From positions 146,111 to 210,110 of the forward strand of contig CBDUXP010000001.1 of NCBI GenBank assembly GCA_965371225.1: DNA of 64,000 nucleotides, given 5' to 3'. The DNA comes from an uncultured bacterium (lineage in GTDB: Bacteria > Abyssobacteria > SURF-5 > CBDUXP01). The position numbers were made by a program, and so were the translations under genes. Numbering within the stretch: the first letter of the stretch is position 1; each line of letters opens with the position of its first letter. Of the stretch, positions 18,770 to 28,181 are shown piece after piece. The notes beneath the pieces were generated by a model that had not been told where the DNA came from, ran no database searches, and saw only the letters and a program-made list of their open reading frames with translations.

Positions 18770-21415
18770 TTACGGGCCGACAGTCGCGGTGCCGCCGGGG
18801 GTCACGTGCACCACCACACGATCGCCGTCACGGGTGAACGCCGTGGGCGCTCCGTTGACCAGGACCGTGGCCGCCGCCGGCGCGTACAGGCTCACGAGCG
18901 CGTCGGACGCCGCGTCCACGTGCGCCGTGGTGTCTTGCAGCCGCACCTGGACGGTGACGGAAGCATCCTGGCTGCGGACGATCACCTGTCCAGTGGCCCA
19001 GTCTCGCAGCTCAGTGCCATCGCCGAGGAAATAATCCTGCACCTCGCCGGTGGGGTTCGTGTGGACGACCCCGACGCGGCCCGTGAGGCCGAAGGACGTG
19101 GCCGCCGGGGCTCCCTCCGCCAGCCCGACAGCGTACGTGCCAGCGGCGTCGGTCATGGTCACGTGCATCCCGTCGGGACCATCGACGTTGATGTCGCTGA
19201 CCGGCACGCCTTCGGTACTGGAGGCGCGGACAGTCGCGAGCGTCACAAACCGATTGGTGCGTCGAGCGCGTCGCGCGTTGAGGCGCGCGAAGTAGAACGG
19301 CGGGGCCCCGGGGGCGGCGGTATCGGAGCCGTATTTCACCTTCAGGCTCCGCGGCGCCAGCAGCCCCAAGCGGAGGCTCGCGCCCCCGGCCGCTTCCGTC
19401 TCGACCGTTCCTCCGCGTCCACTGAACCGCTCGCCATACCGGCGCCACACGAGATGGACGGGCAGGCGCGAATCCAGGTCCACCTGGTCTACCAGGAGCA
19501 CGAAGCTGGGTTTCAGAAACAGGACGCGCCGCGTATACCGCTGCACGCCAAGGGTGGCGGGGTAGGTGGGGCCGGCTTCCGCCACGGCAAAGTCGTACAG
19601 CGGCACGCCGAGATGGCGGAGAATCTGTCCGCGCGCGTCGGCGGCCACGGCCGCCTGGAGATCGAACGCGTCAGAGCCTTCCCCTACCTGTCCCGTAGTG
19701 TCGACCAAGATGGTGTTGTGCTTGTGAGTGAGTTTAGGAAGGGGATAGCCCGGCCCGCCCAAGAGCTGGGCCCCATGGGCGAACAGGGTGACCGCGTTCT
19801 GGTTCGGATGGTCGTGCGTGGCGTGGAGGTGGCCGGCCCCTGGGCGTTGCGTGAGTACGTCTTCGTACCGCGAGCGCCCCTCCGGCGTGCTGGACTTCAG
19901 CGTCAGGACGGCGGCGTCCGCGCTCCAGCCGGTGCGCATGACGAGAAAATCCAGATCGGGGAATAGCCGGCTCGTCGGCAGATCGGTCGGCGCCTTGGGT
20001 TCGACGGTGGGGTCGTACCAGAAGAACTCGAAGGGTGCCCAGCGCCGGCGTTCGTAATACATGGGGCCGCGGCCAACGGTTATCTGGCGCGCCAGCCACT
20101 CGCCGTAGCCGGTGCGGTAGCGGGCGTCCAAGGCGCGCAGGATGTGTTGCGGCCCGTCGTAGTCGGCGAGGGCGCCGTCGGCGAAGGACGTGACGGTAAA
20201 CGCATCGGGCTGCTGCGCGTAGAGGCGGAAGTACAGGGTCTCGCGCAGCCACGGGTTGGCTCCGACCAGATCCATCCCATCCGCCTGCTCGATGGCCGAG
20301 GTGTGCGCGAGCAGATAGCTGAGCATGTAGCTCCAATAGGCCACCCCTTCGTGATACGAGCCGTCCCCGATGCGGCTGAGGGCGGTGAGCACGCTCTCGG
20401 CATTGGCGCGCGCCTGCGCCGCCCATTCGTCCGCCTCCACCACTTCCCCGCGGAGGGCGTAGCCGGCCATGCCCAGACCGGCGTTGTTGATCGTCGTATG
20501 GTTTTGGGTCCACGTGTCCCGCCACCAAATCGCGGCATACCCGGCCGCGAACGAGTGCATCATCGCCGCCTGATTCGCGAGCTTGCGCCGGACGACGGCT
20601 CGGTCCTCGGGCGAGAGCACGTCGTGGAGCCAGTCGTAGGTCAGGCCGACGCCGAAGAGCAAGTGCGCGGCGGGCAGGTCGCGATCAGGAATGTTGCCGG
20701 CCCCCCAGTGCGGATAGGCGCATACCGCTAACAGCCACCGCCGCGCGGCGGCGATATCCGCCGGGTCGTCCGTGATCATGGCGCGGAATGCCAGCTCCAC
20801 GAGGTTGTTGCCGTAGGTGCGCCAGGGATCGATGCCTCCCGCAGCCACCAGGGTGGCATAGGCGAGCGGTTGGCCGTCGGCGAACTGCGCGACGGACAGG
20901 CGATTCACCTCGAGGATGGCCGCCTGTTCCGCGTTTACGGCACCGCCCCCCCCGCCCGCCGCCCCGGCGGTGAAGAACAGGTGCGGGTGCGTCGCGCCCG
21001 CGTCGCTGGGAGTTCCCACGTCCCACTCGCCCGTTTCGAAGTGGCGCACGAGGGCAAAGCAATAGCGATGCAGCGTGCGGTAGACCGCCTCCAGGTCCCC
21101 TGCCGCCGTCTCGACGCGGCCGCGCGCATCGAACACGATGGCATAGATGCTCATGTCGTGCCCGGCGGCGCCCAAGGTGTCCAGCAAGTCCCGGGCAGCG
21201 GCCAGCCGCGCGTCCACGTTCGACGCGTCCGTGGGAACCGTCTCCAGGTCGAGGCGGAGCGCGGCGACCTCGTCCGCCGTGATTGCGAGCGCGGGGGAGG
21301 CGAAGGCGGCGCACCAGAGGACGAGCGGCGCGACACCGTGGGAGAGCAGGCGCAGGATCCGCCTGCGGAGGGATGAGGCGGCGCAGCCGAAGGACTGTGG
21401 TGTCAGTGGGGCCAT
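18770..21415 (-). CDS. Secreted polysaccharide lyase, heparinase II/III-like (alginate-lyase-like α/α toroid + β-sandwich)
   Basis: About 880 aa, with N-terminal signal peptide (LVLWCAAFASPALAITA) from ATG 21415. Motifs reminiscent of the Hepar_II_III family (…DGSYHEGVAYWSYM…, HATHDHPNQNAVTLFAHG). Confidence 0.5.
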   Translation of the reverse strand: MAPLTPQSFGCAASSLRRRILRLLSHGVAPLVLWCAAFASPALAITADEVAALRLDLETVPTDASNVDARLAAARDLLDTLGAAGHDMSIYAIVFDARGRVETAAGDLEAVYRTLHRYCFALVRHFETGEWDVGTPSDAGATHPHLFFTAGAAGGGGGAVNAEQAAILEVNRLSVAQFADGQPLAYATLVAAGGIDPWRTYGNNLVELAFRAMITDDPADIAAARRWLLAVCAYPHWGAGNIPDRDLPAAHLLFGVGLTYDWLHDVLSPEDRAVVRRKLANQAAMMHSFAAGYAAIWWRDTWTQNHTTINNAGLGMAGYALRGEVVEADEWAAQARANAESVLTALSRIGDGSYHEGVAYWSYMLSYLLAHTSAIEQADGMDLVGANPWLRETLYFRLYAQQPDAFTVTSFADGALADYDGPQHILRALDARYRTGYGEWLARQITVGRGPMYYERRRWAPFEFFWYDPTVEPKAPTDLPTSRLFPDLDFLVMRTGWSADAAVLTLKSSTPEGRSRYEDVLTQRPGAGHLHATHDHPNQNAVTLFAHGAQLLGGPGYPLPKLTHKHNTILVDTTGQVGEGSDAFDLQAAVAADARGQILRHLGVPLYDFAVAEAGPTYPATLGVQRYTRRVLFLKPSFVLLVDQVDLDSRLPVHLVWRRYGERFSGRGGTVETEAAGGASLRLGLLAPRSLKVKYGSDTAAPGAPPFYFARLNARRARRTNRFVTLATVRASSTEGVPVSDINVDGPDGMHVTMTDAAGTYAVGLAEGAPAATSFGLTGRVGVVHTNPTGEVQDYFLGDGTELRDWATGQVIVRSQDASVTVQVRLQDTTAHVDAASDALVSLYAPAAATVLVNGAPTAFTRDGDRVVVHVTPGGTATVGP

Positions 21416-21715
21416 GCGTGGCCTAGCGCTGGGCAGGCGACCAGCCCTGCCGGAGGTGACTTTATGCCAAACATTTTCAGAGCGCACGTAAAAGGGCAGG
21501 CCTCAATATAATGCTAAAAATGCTAATCAAAGTCAACTTTCCCCTCGGCGTCACCGAGGAATGAAACATTCATAACGTGTTTATTTATAAATACTTCCAT
21601 GTATATTTGACCGTAGAGCCCGTCTCCTATGTGCCAATTCAAGTACTGCCGGCCATCGTCTCGATCCTCTGTTTCTGGCAAGTCGCGCGAGAGTCGCCGG
21701 GAGGCCGGTGCCGGC

Positions 21716-22999
21716 TCAGGCGTCTCCTTCGCGCGTTGGCGGCATGCCCGCCCACGCGCGGACGATGCGATCCAGGAAGAGGGCCGCCACCGCGATGAGC
21801 AGATAGTCGTGGGGCAGGCGAAACCGGATTCGCGTAAAGAAGATCGCGTAGCACGCGGCGTTCGCCAGGTAGAGGGCCAGACACAGGACTTCGAAACGCG
21901 ACAGGGGCACGCGCGCGAGAACGCCCAGCCGAACGAGGACCAGTCCGAGGAGCGGGCCGTAGGTTGCCAGCATGAGCATGTCGGCGATGCGGGTGTTTTC
22001 GGTTTGCGTCGCCAGGTTGTTGCGATAGTGGAAGTGGTTCAGGAACTTGAGCGCGTACCGCTTGAGCGATTCCACCTTGTGAGCGCGCATGTAGGCGAAC
22101 GCCTGCGCGCGATAGTAGCGGTCCCGTTCCACCTCGCCGAGTTGGTCTCCGACGTCGCGGTAGCGGCGAATGTCGACCTGCGTACCATCGTTCGGCCCGG
22201 TGTGCTCCGAGTTGCCGAGGAGCAGATTGATGCCGCCGTTCGTCGAGACGGGGACGAATGCGTGGAAGACCACGTAATTCCGGCCCGACCACACGGCCAC
22301 GACGCATGCCGCGATCAGCGCGGTGAGCGGGAAGCTTCGCAGCCATGCCTTCATGCGGTACAGCGCGAACCACAGCGGGACGATCACTAGCACCGTCGCG
22401 AACGTGGGCACGGTCAGGATCAGACCGCCGAGGAGCAGGCCGGCGGCCGCGCAGGCGCGCTGCGGCGCCCACGGGCCCGTCAGGAGGTACAGGATGAGCA
22501 GAAAGACCAGCGCGGCGACGGTCTGTGGGTAGAGGGTCCCCGCGGTATAGAACAACCCCGGATACCCCACCACTCCCACCGCTGCGAAAATCGCGGCCAC
22601 CGGGGAACCGTGTCGGAGCACGGTCAAATAGAGCAGCACCAGCGTGGCGCCAAGCGCCGCGTAATTGAGCGCGCGCAGGTGGATGGGCCGCGCCCCCCAC
22701 GCCACGAACGCGGACAGGAACATGGGATAGCCGGGCGGCCGGTATGCGGTGGGGTGGGTGCCCTGCACGCTGAATGCGTGCTCGTCCGCCAAATGCGTAG
22801 CGAGGGCCATGTATTCGCGTTCGTCGGGAAAGCGCAGCCGGTCGCCGACCGCGCGGGAGTAGAGCAGGCCGGCAAGCACGAGGACAGTCACCAACACGCA
22901 CACCATGCTCGCATGTCGCCGCTCGACGAATGCCAGGACCCCATGCACTCGCGCGGCGCGCCCGCGACCGTGCGCCTCGATCGGGGCGGGCACCGTCAC
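21716..22999 (-). CDS. GT-C fold glycosyltransferase, family 39/83-like (ArnT/PMT-type, polyprenyl-phosphate-sugar dependent)
   Basis: Polytopic membrane protein with a DE motif in the first loop (LRFPDEREYMALATHL) and a long hydrophobic core. Confidence 0.5.
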   Translation of the reverse strand: MTVPAPIEAHGRGRAARVHGVLAFVERRHASMVCVLVTVLVLAGLLYSRAVGDRLRFPDEREYMALATHLADEHAFSVQGTHPTAYRPPGYPMFLSAFVAWGARPIHLRALNYAALGATLVLLYLTVLRHGSPVAAIFAAVGVVGYPGLFYTAGTLYPQTVAALVFLLILYLLTGPWAPQRACAAAGLLLGGLILTVPTFATVLVIVPLWFALYRMKAWLRSFPLTALIAACVVAVWSGRNYVVFHAFVPVSTNGGINLLLGNSEHTGPNDGTQVDIRRYRDVGDQLGEVERDRYYRAQAFAYMRAHKVESLKRYALKFLNHFHYRNNLATQTENTRIADMLMLATYGPLLGLVLVRLGVLARVPLSRFEVLCLALYLANAACYAIFFTRIRFRLPHDYLLIAVAALFLDRIVRAWAGMPPTREGDA

Positions 23000-24195
23000 G
23001 TGGCGAACAACTGGTCGTAGGCCCGGAGCAGCTTGGGGGCCTCGTACCGCCAGGCCAGTTCCTCGTCCACCCGCCGGCGCCCACAGGCCCCCAGGGCAGC
23101 GGCCCGCTGCGGGTCGTCCAGCAACTCCACCACCCGATCCATCAGATCCGCCGGATCGTTGGGACGGGCGTAGAGCGCCGCCTCGCCCGCCGCCGCCCGG
23201 CCCTCCGGCAGGTCGAACTGCACCTGCGCGCGCCCCAGCGCCATGTACTCCAGCACTTTATTCATGGTGCACCGGTCGTTGTACGCGTTGGACGGATCGG
23301 GGGTCACGCACACGTCCGCCGACCCGAGCGCGCTGCGCAGCCGCGCGCCGTCGCTCACGAAACCCGTGAAGGTGCAATAGTCCTCGATCGCGAACTCCCG
23401 GGCGCGCGCGCGCAGGGCGGGCAATTCCGGCCCGTCCCCGAGCAGCACGAACTGCACGTCGCGCCGGTGCAGGTCGTGCACCAGGTACCGCACCCCCTCC
23501 AAGAGCAGGTCAACCCCGTCCTGGTTCCCCATGACGCCCACGTAGCCGACCAGGTGGGGGCGGCCCTGCCGCCAGGCGGGATCCGGCTCGACGGGGGCGT
23601 GCCACGCCGCGCCCGGTCCACTGCGGACCACGTGCACGCGCTCGGGCGGGAGTTTTCCGCGTCGCAGAACCACGTCGCGTATGGAGGCATTGGTGGCGAT
23701 CACCGCATCGGCGGTCGCATAGTTCAACCGTTCCGCAAGGCGCACGAACGCGTGGACGATTCCGCGGCGGCCGAACTTGGCTTCGTACATCTCCGGACAG
23801 GGGTCGTGTTGGTCGAACAGATACCGCTTGCCGAACAGCTTGAAGAACCCGCCGATGAGAAACAGGTTGTCCGGCGGGTTGCAGGCGTGGATAACGTCGA
23901 AGCCGCGCGTCAAGAACACGCGCCACGCGAGCAGGATTTCCCAGCAGAGGGCCGCGCCATACTCGGCGAAGAAGCCGAGCACGCCGCGGGCTTCCAGGGG
24001 CAGCGGATGCCGATAGATGTGGATGCCGTCGAGGACCTCGCGCCGCGCCTCACAGCCCTTGCCCGCGGGACAGATGACGCTGACCTGGTACCCGGCCTCG
24101 CGCAGGGTGGTGGCTTCCTGCCAGACCCGCCGGTCCACGGGGACGGGCAGGTTCTCCACGATGATGAGTACGCGGCGCGTTTCCGCAGTGGGCAT
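22996..24195 (-). CDS. Glycosyltransferase family 4
   Basis: GT4 signature (…TPDPSNAYNDRCTMNKVLEYMALGRAQVQFDLPEG…). Overlaps the downstream GT39-like gene by 4 nt. Confidence 0.7.
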   Translation of the reverse strand: MPTAETRRVLIIVENLPVPVDRRVWQEATTLREAGYQVSVICPAGKGCEARREVLDGIHIYRHPLPLEARGVLGFFAEYGAALCWEILLAWRVFLTRGFDVIHACNPPDNLFLIGGFFKLFGKRYLFDQHDPCPEMYEAKFGRRGIVHAFVRLAERLNYATADAVIATNASIRDVVLRRGKLPPERVHVVRSGPGAAWHAPVEPDPAWRQGRPHLVGYVGVMGNQDGVDLLLEGVRYLVHDLHRRDVQFVLLGDGPELPALRARAREFAIEDYCTFTGFVSDGARLRSALGSADVCVTPDPSNAYNDRCTMNKVLEYMALGRAQVQFDLPEGRAAAGEAALYARPNDPADLMDRVVELLDDPQRAAALGACGRRRVDEELAWRYEAPKLLRAYDQLFAT

Positions 24196-24234
24196 AGGTG
24201 CGAGGACGCCGGCCGCAGTGGCGCCGGGGTCGGC

Positions 24235-24684
24235 TCAGGCCCCCGCCTGCTCGGCCATCTTGCGGTAGTCGACCGTTAGCCAGTGTTTCGGCGTGAGGCT
24301 GACCAACACGCTCCCGGCGCGCTCGTCCTTCGTCATCTCCAGGTACATGGCCCCCATTTGCTCGCCCAGATAGCGAATCGCCATCTCGCTGGCGACGGGG
24401 CCCGTGTCGGCGTCCGAATCGATGCGCACCGGCCCTTCGACGGTCAAGTACTGGTACGGCGGTGACTCGGTTTGGACGCACAGACTCATGCGCCCCGCCT
24501 GCCGGAACAGCGTCGCCTTCTTCGACGTGCCGCCGGTCACCATCTGCACGTCGCCGCCGGAGGCGTAAGCGTACCAGACGGGGACCGTGAGCGGCCCGCG
24601 CCCCGGCTCCTCGACACTGATGATGGCGCAGTGGGTCTCCGCCAGAAAGGCTTCGCGTTCGGCCTTGCTCATCGCCATGGACAT
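24235..24684 (-). CDS. Pyridoxamine 5'-phosphate oxidase family protein (PPOX class, probable F420/FMN-binding)
   Basis: 149-aa split-barrel pattern (…TVPVWYAYASGGDVQMVTGGTSKKATLFRQAGRMSLCVQTE…). Confidence 0.55.
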   Translation of the reverse strand: MSMAMSKAEREAFLAETHCAIISVEEPGRGPLTVPVWYAYASGGDVQMVTGGTSKKATLFRQAGRMSLCVQTESPPYQYLTVEGPVRIDSDADTGPVASEMAIRYLGEQMGAMYLEMTKDERAGSVLVSLTPKHWLTVDYRKMAEQAGA

Positions 24685-24838
24685 CGCAATCTCCTCGACA
24701 CGGCTGGGCTGCCGCGGGGGTCAGCGTACCAAGCGGTCCCGAGCCGGACAACCGGGGGGCGCCGGCCGGGGGCCCGTGCGATATGCTACGCGCCTCGCCG
24801 CGCCCCGGCCCGGGCGCACACACGAAGGCAGTAGCCCC

Positions 24839-25756
24839 ATGCGCATCGCGATCGGCCACATTGAAGAAACATCCCTGGAGACCTACCTCGCCCGCATCCG
24901 GCAGGCGGAAGCCGACGGCTTCCCCACGGTCACCATCGCGAATATCTTCGACTTCGACGCGCTGATGCTCTGCGCGCTCGCGGGGCGCGAAACGACCACC
25001 GTGGAACTGATGACCGCGGTGGTGCCGACGTTCCCCCGGCATCCCCACGCCGTGGCCCAACAGGCGCTGACCGCGCAGGCCGCCACGAACGGCCGTCTCG
25101 CGCTTGGCGTGGGGATCAGCCATCAGGTCGTCATCGAAGCCATGCTCGGGCTGTCGTACGACAAGCCGGTGCGGCACCTGCGCGAGTACCTGGAAGTGCT
25201 CAACGGGCTGCTGGAGAACCACTCGTGCGAAGTGGACGGGGAGATGTACCGCGTGCACGCGCAGATTGGGTTGCCGGACGTGCCGGCGCCGCCCGTGCTC
25301 ATCGGCGCGCTGCGTCCGCAGATGATCAAGCTCGCCGGCCGCATGACCGACGGCACGATTACGTGGATGGCCGGACCCACCTACCTGGAGCGGGACATCG
25401 TGGGCCCCATGAACGCCGCGGCGGCTGAGGCGGGCCGGTCGACCCCCCGTACGGTGGCCGGGGTGCCCATCTGCGTCACGTCCGACCGCGACACGGCGCG
25501 GGAGGAGATCAACGGGCGCTTCGCCATCTACGGCAATCTGCCCGTCTACCGCGCCGTGCTCGACGCCGAGGGGGCAGACGGCCCCGCGGATATTGCAATC
25601 GTCGGTGACGAGGCGGAAGTGGAAGCCGGGCTGCGGCGGTTGAAGGATGCGGGCGTCACCGATTTCGGCGCCTCGATTGTCGGCACGGGGAGTGATCCCA
25701 AAGCCGCGCACCAGCGGACGTACGAGTTTCTCGCCAGCCTCGCCCCGGAGTTGTAG
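24839..25756 (+). CDS. LLM-class (luciferase-like monooxygenase) F420-dependent oxidoreductase
   Basis: TIM-barrel LLM pattern (MRIAIGHIEE…, …ALGVGISHQVVIEAMLGLSYDKPVRHLREYLEVL…). ATG 24839 preceded by GAAGGCAG. Only the 3' part of six-frame ORF 24587..25756 is used. Confidence 0.65.
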   Translation: MRIAIGHIEETSLETYLARIRQAEADGFPTVTIANIFDFDALMLCALAGRETTTVELMTAVVPTFPRHPHAVAQQALTAQAATNGRLALGVGISHQVVIEAMLGLSYDKPVRHLREYLEVLNGLLENHSCEVDGEMYRVHAQIGLPDVPAPPVLIGALRPQMIKLAGRMTDGTITWMAGPTYLERDIVGPMNAAAAEAGRSTPRTVAGVPICVTSDRDTAREEINGRFAIYGNLPVYRAVLDAEGADGPADIAIVGDEAEVEAGLRRLKDAGVTDFGASIVGTGSDPKAAHQRTYEFLASLAPEL

Positions 25757-25904
25757 GCGCGGCCGCGGCGTGCGCCGTCGCAGACGTGTATTATAGATAG
25801 AGAGACGGCACTCGGCGCCGAGCGGTGGTGACGTGCAGTAGAGGCGACGCATCGCGTGACCGGCGGCGGCACGCTGGCCGGGCCGAAGGCGACATCACCA
25901 GCGC

Positions 25905-28181
25905 ATGACGGACGACGAACGGCGGGAACTCGCCGAGCTGCGCGCGACGCTGGACGCACTCCGTACCCAAGTGCAGGCGGCGGAAGCGCGCCTCCGAGCC
26001 CTGGAAGGGCCCGGCCCGGCAGCAGCAGCGCCCACACCGTCCCCGCCCCTCGCCGCGGCTGCGCCCCTGCCAACGCGTCCCGCGCGCCGCCCGCGCGCCC
26101 GGCCCATCGGTCTCGGCGCTCCCCGCCCCCCCCGCGAGCCGAGTCCCGCCGAGCGGTACGTTCGCGCGTTCCTGGCCGAGGTGAATCCGCTCAGCCTGTT
26201 CGGGGCGCTCATGCTGCTGGTGGGCGCGGCCATCCTCTTCAAGTACGCCATCGACAACAACTGGATTGGGCCCACCGGCCGGGTAGCCATGGGCATCCTC
26301 GCGGGGATGGGGTTCCTCGCCGCCGGGGAGTACTTCCAGCATCAGGCGGAAACGCGTTGGTCCGGCTGGCGCCGGTTTGCGCCGGTCCTGGTGGGCGCGG
26401 GCCAAGGCATCCTCTTCATCGCGGTGTATTTCGGCCAGCAGCAGTACGAGATCATTCCCGCGCCGCTCGCGTTCGGGCTCTACCTGGTCTTCACGGCCAC
26501 CGTCGTCGCGCAATCCCTGCGGTACAACGCCGTGGCGCTGGCCATGTGGGGGCTGGTGGGCGGATACCTGACGCCGGCGCTCGCCAGCACGGGCTCGGGC
26601 AACTACGTCTTCCTCTCCACGTACCTGCTCGTGTTGAACACGGGCGTGTTCGCGGTCGCGTACCACCGCACCTGGCAGCCGCTGAAGTGGATGGCGTTTC
26701 TCCTGACCGTGCCATACATGTTCCTGTGGGTGGCCAACTACCTGGCCGATCCGCACGGGACGCGCTGGCTCGAATTCCACTGGCTGCTGCCGTACCTCTG
26801 GGTGTTCTTCGTGTACTTCGCCGCCATCCCCACCTGGCGGAGCGTCCTGCGGCGCGAACCCATCGACCGCTTCGGCCAGGTCCTCACCATCCTGAACGGC
26901 GTGGTGCACTTCGCGTTCGCCGTGGCGCTCCTGTACGAGGATCACCGCATCTGGCTCGGCGTGGTCGCGGTGGTGGTGTCCGCGCTCTACGTGGTCATTT
27001 CGTCGCGCGTGGTGCGTCAGCCGGAGCTGGACCAGCGGGCGCTCGTCGTGTTCGCGGGCACGGCCGGTGCGTTTCTCATGCTGGCCACCCCGTTCCTGGC
27101 GCGCGGGTCGGCGATCACGCTCGTCTGGTGCGCGGAAACGGTCTTCCTCGCCTGGGTCTGCACGCAGCCGCGGTACGGGTTCCTGCGTTACCACGTGCTG
27201 GTCATGCTCGCGATCATCCTCATCCGATTGATAGCCCGGGACCAGCTGCTGAGCCCCGCGTGGTCCGGCGTGGACAAATCCTACATTCCGCTCTTCCACC
27301 TGCGCAGCTATCCCCCGCTCGCGGCGGCAGCCACGTTCGCCCTGGTGGCACGATTGCTCGCACGGGTGCCCAACCTGCGGCTCCCGCTCGGCTGGGTGCT
27401 GGCACCGGGGCTCATCGTTCTGGTGGCCGCGATGGATGGCGAGGCGTATCGCGTCGCGCGATACGTGCTGGTCCCGGGTACGCACCTGTACCTACGCGAG
27501 CTGGTCCAGGCCGGGCTGTTGGTGGGTGTGCTCGCGGCCATGTGGTTCGCGGCGATGCGCATACTCGGCGCGAGCCGGATTCCGTGGATCGCGCTGTTCG
27601 GGTTCACCGCCCTGCTGACCTTCTGGGTGCTCGATGACCTGCTCTGGCCGGTACCCTACCGGCGGATGGTCCGGGTGCTGGACCCGGACATGGGGCTCTG
27701 GTGGTTGCACGGCGGAGTGCTGTTCATGCTCCCGTTGGTAGTGCTCTTCGCGCGCCTGGTAGCGCACGTGCCGGACGGGCTCGGCAAGCTCTCGCGGGAC
27801 CAAGTGCGTGCGCTGTGTTTCGCGGCGGCTGTGGTCGTCACCATGCTGCTGATGCGTCGGGAAATTTTCGCCATCACCCATGCGCCCCCCCTCGCGGATC
27901 TGTTCCCCGATGCCGCGCGCCGATCCTGGTACCGGATGCTGCTCTCGTTGAGCTACGCCGCGCTCGCGTTCGGGATCTACCTGAGTGCGATCCGCACGGA
28001 CCTGCGCCTGCGCCTGTACGCGGCGTATAGTCTGTACGTCTTCATCGCGCTGAAAGTCATGGTGCTTGACATCGAATCCCGGAACCAGCTCTACCGCGGA
28101 TTCTCCGTGGTCGCCATGGGGCTCGTCCTGATCCTCAGCCATTACTTCGCCCAACGCCAGCGGATGCGCCATGCGCAATAG
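25905..28181 (+). CDS. DUF2339 family polytopic membrane protein
   Basis: N-terminal coiled coil (ELRATLDALRTQVQAAEARLRALEG), Pro/Ala-rich linker, then about 20 TM helices. This is the typical DUF2339 architecture. Confidence 0.5.
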   Translation: MTDDERRELAELRATLDALRTQVQAAEARLRALEGPGPAAAAPTPSPPLAAAAPLPTRPARRPRARPIGLGAPRPPREPSPAERYVRAFLAEVNPLSLFGALMLLVGAAILFKYAIDNNWIGPTGRVAMGILAGMGFLAAGEYFQHQAETRWSGWRRFAPVLVGAGQGILFIAVYFGQQQYEIIPAPLAFGLYLVFTATVVAQSLRYNAVALAMWGLVGGYLTPALASTGSGNYVFLSTYLLVLNTGVFAVAYHRTWQPLKWMAFLLTVPYMFLWVANYLADPHGTRWLEFHWLLPYLWVFFVYFAAIPTWRSVLRREPIDRFGQVLTILNGVVHFAFAVALLYEDHRIWLGVVAVVVSALYVVISSRVVRQPELDQRALVVFAGTAGAFLMLATPFLARGSAITLVWCAETVFLAWVCTQPRYGFLRYHVLVMLAIILIRLIARDQLLSPAWSGVDKSYIPLFHLRSYPPLAAAATFALVARLLARVPNLRLPLGWVLAPGLIVLVAAMDGEAYRVARYVLVPGTHLYLRELVQAGLLVGVLAAMWFAAMRILGASRIPWIALFGFTALLTFWVLDDLLWPVPYRRMVRVLDPDMGLWWLHGGVLFMLPLVVLFARLVAHVPDGLGKLSRDQVRALCFAAAVVVTMLLMRREIFAITHAPPLADLFPDAARRSWYRMLLSLSYAALAFGIYLSAIRTDLRLRLYAAYSLYVFIALKVMVLDIESRNQLYRGFSVVAMGLVLILSHYFAQRQRMRHAQ

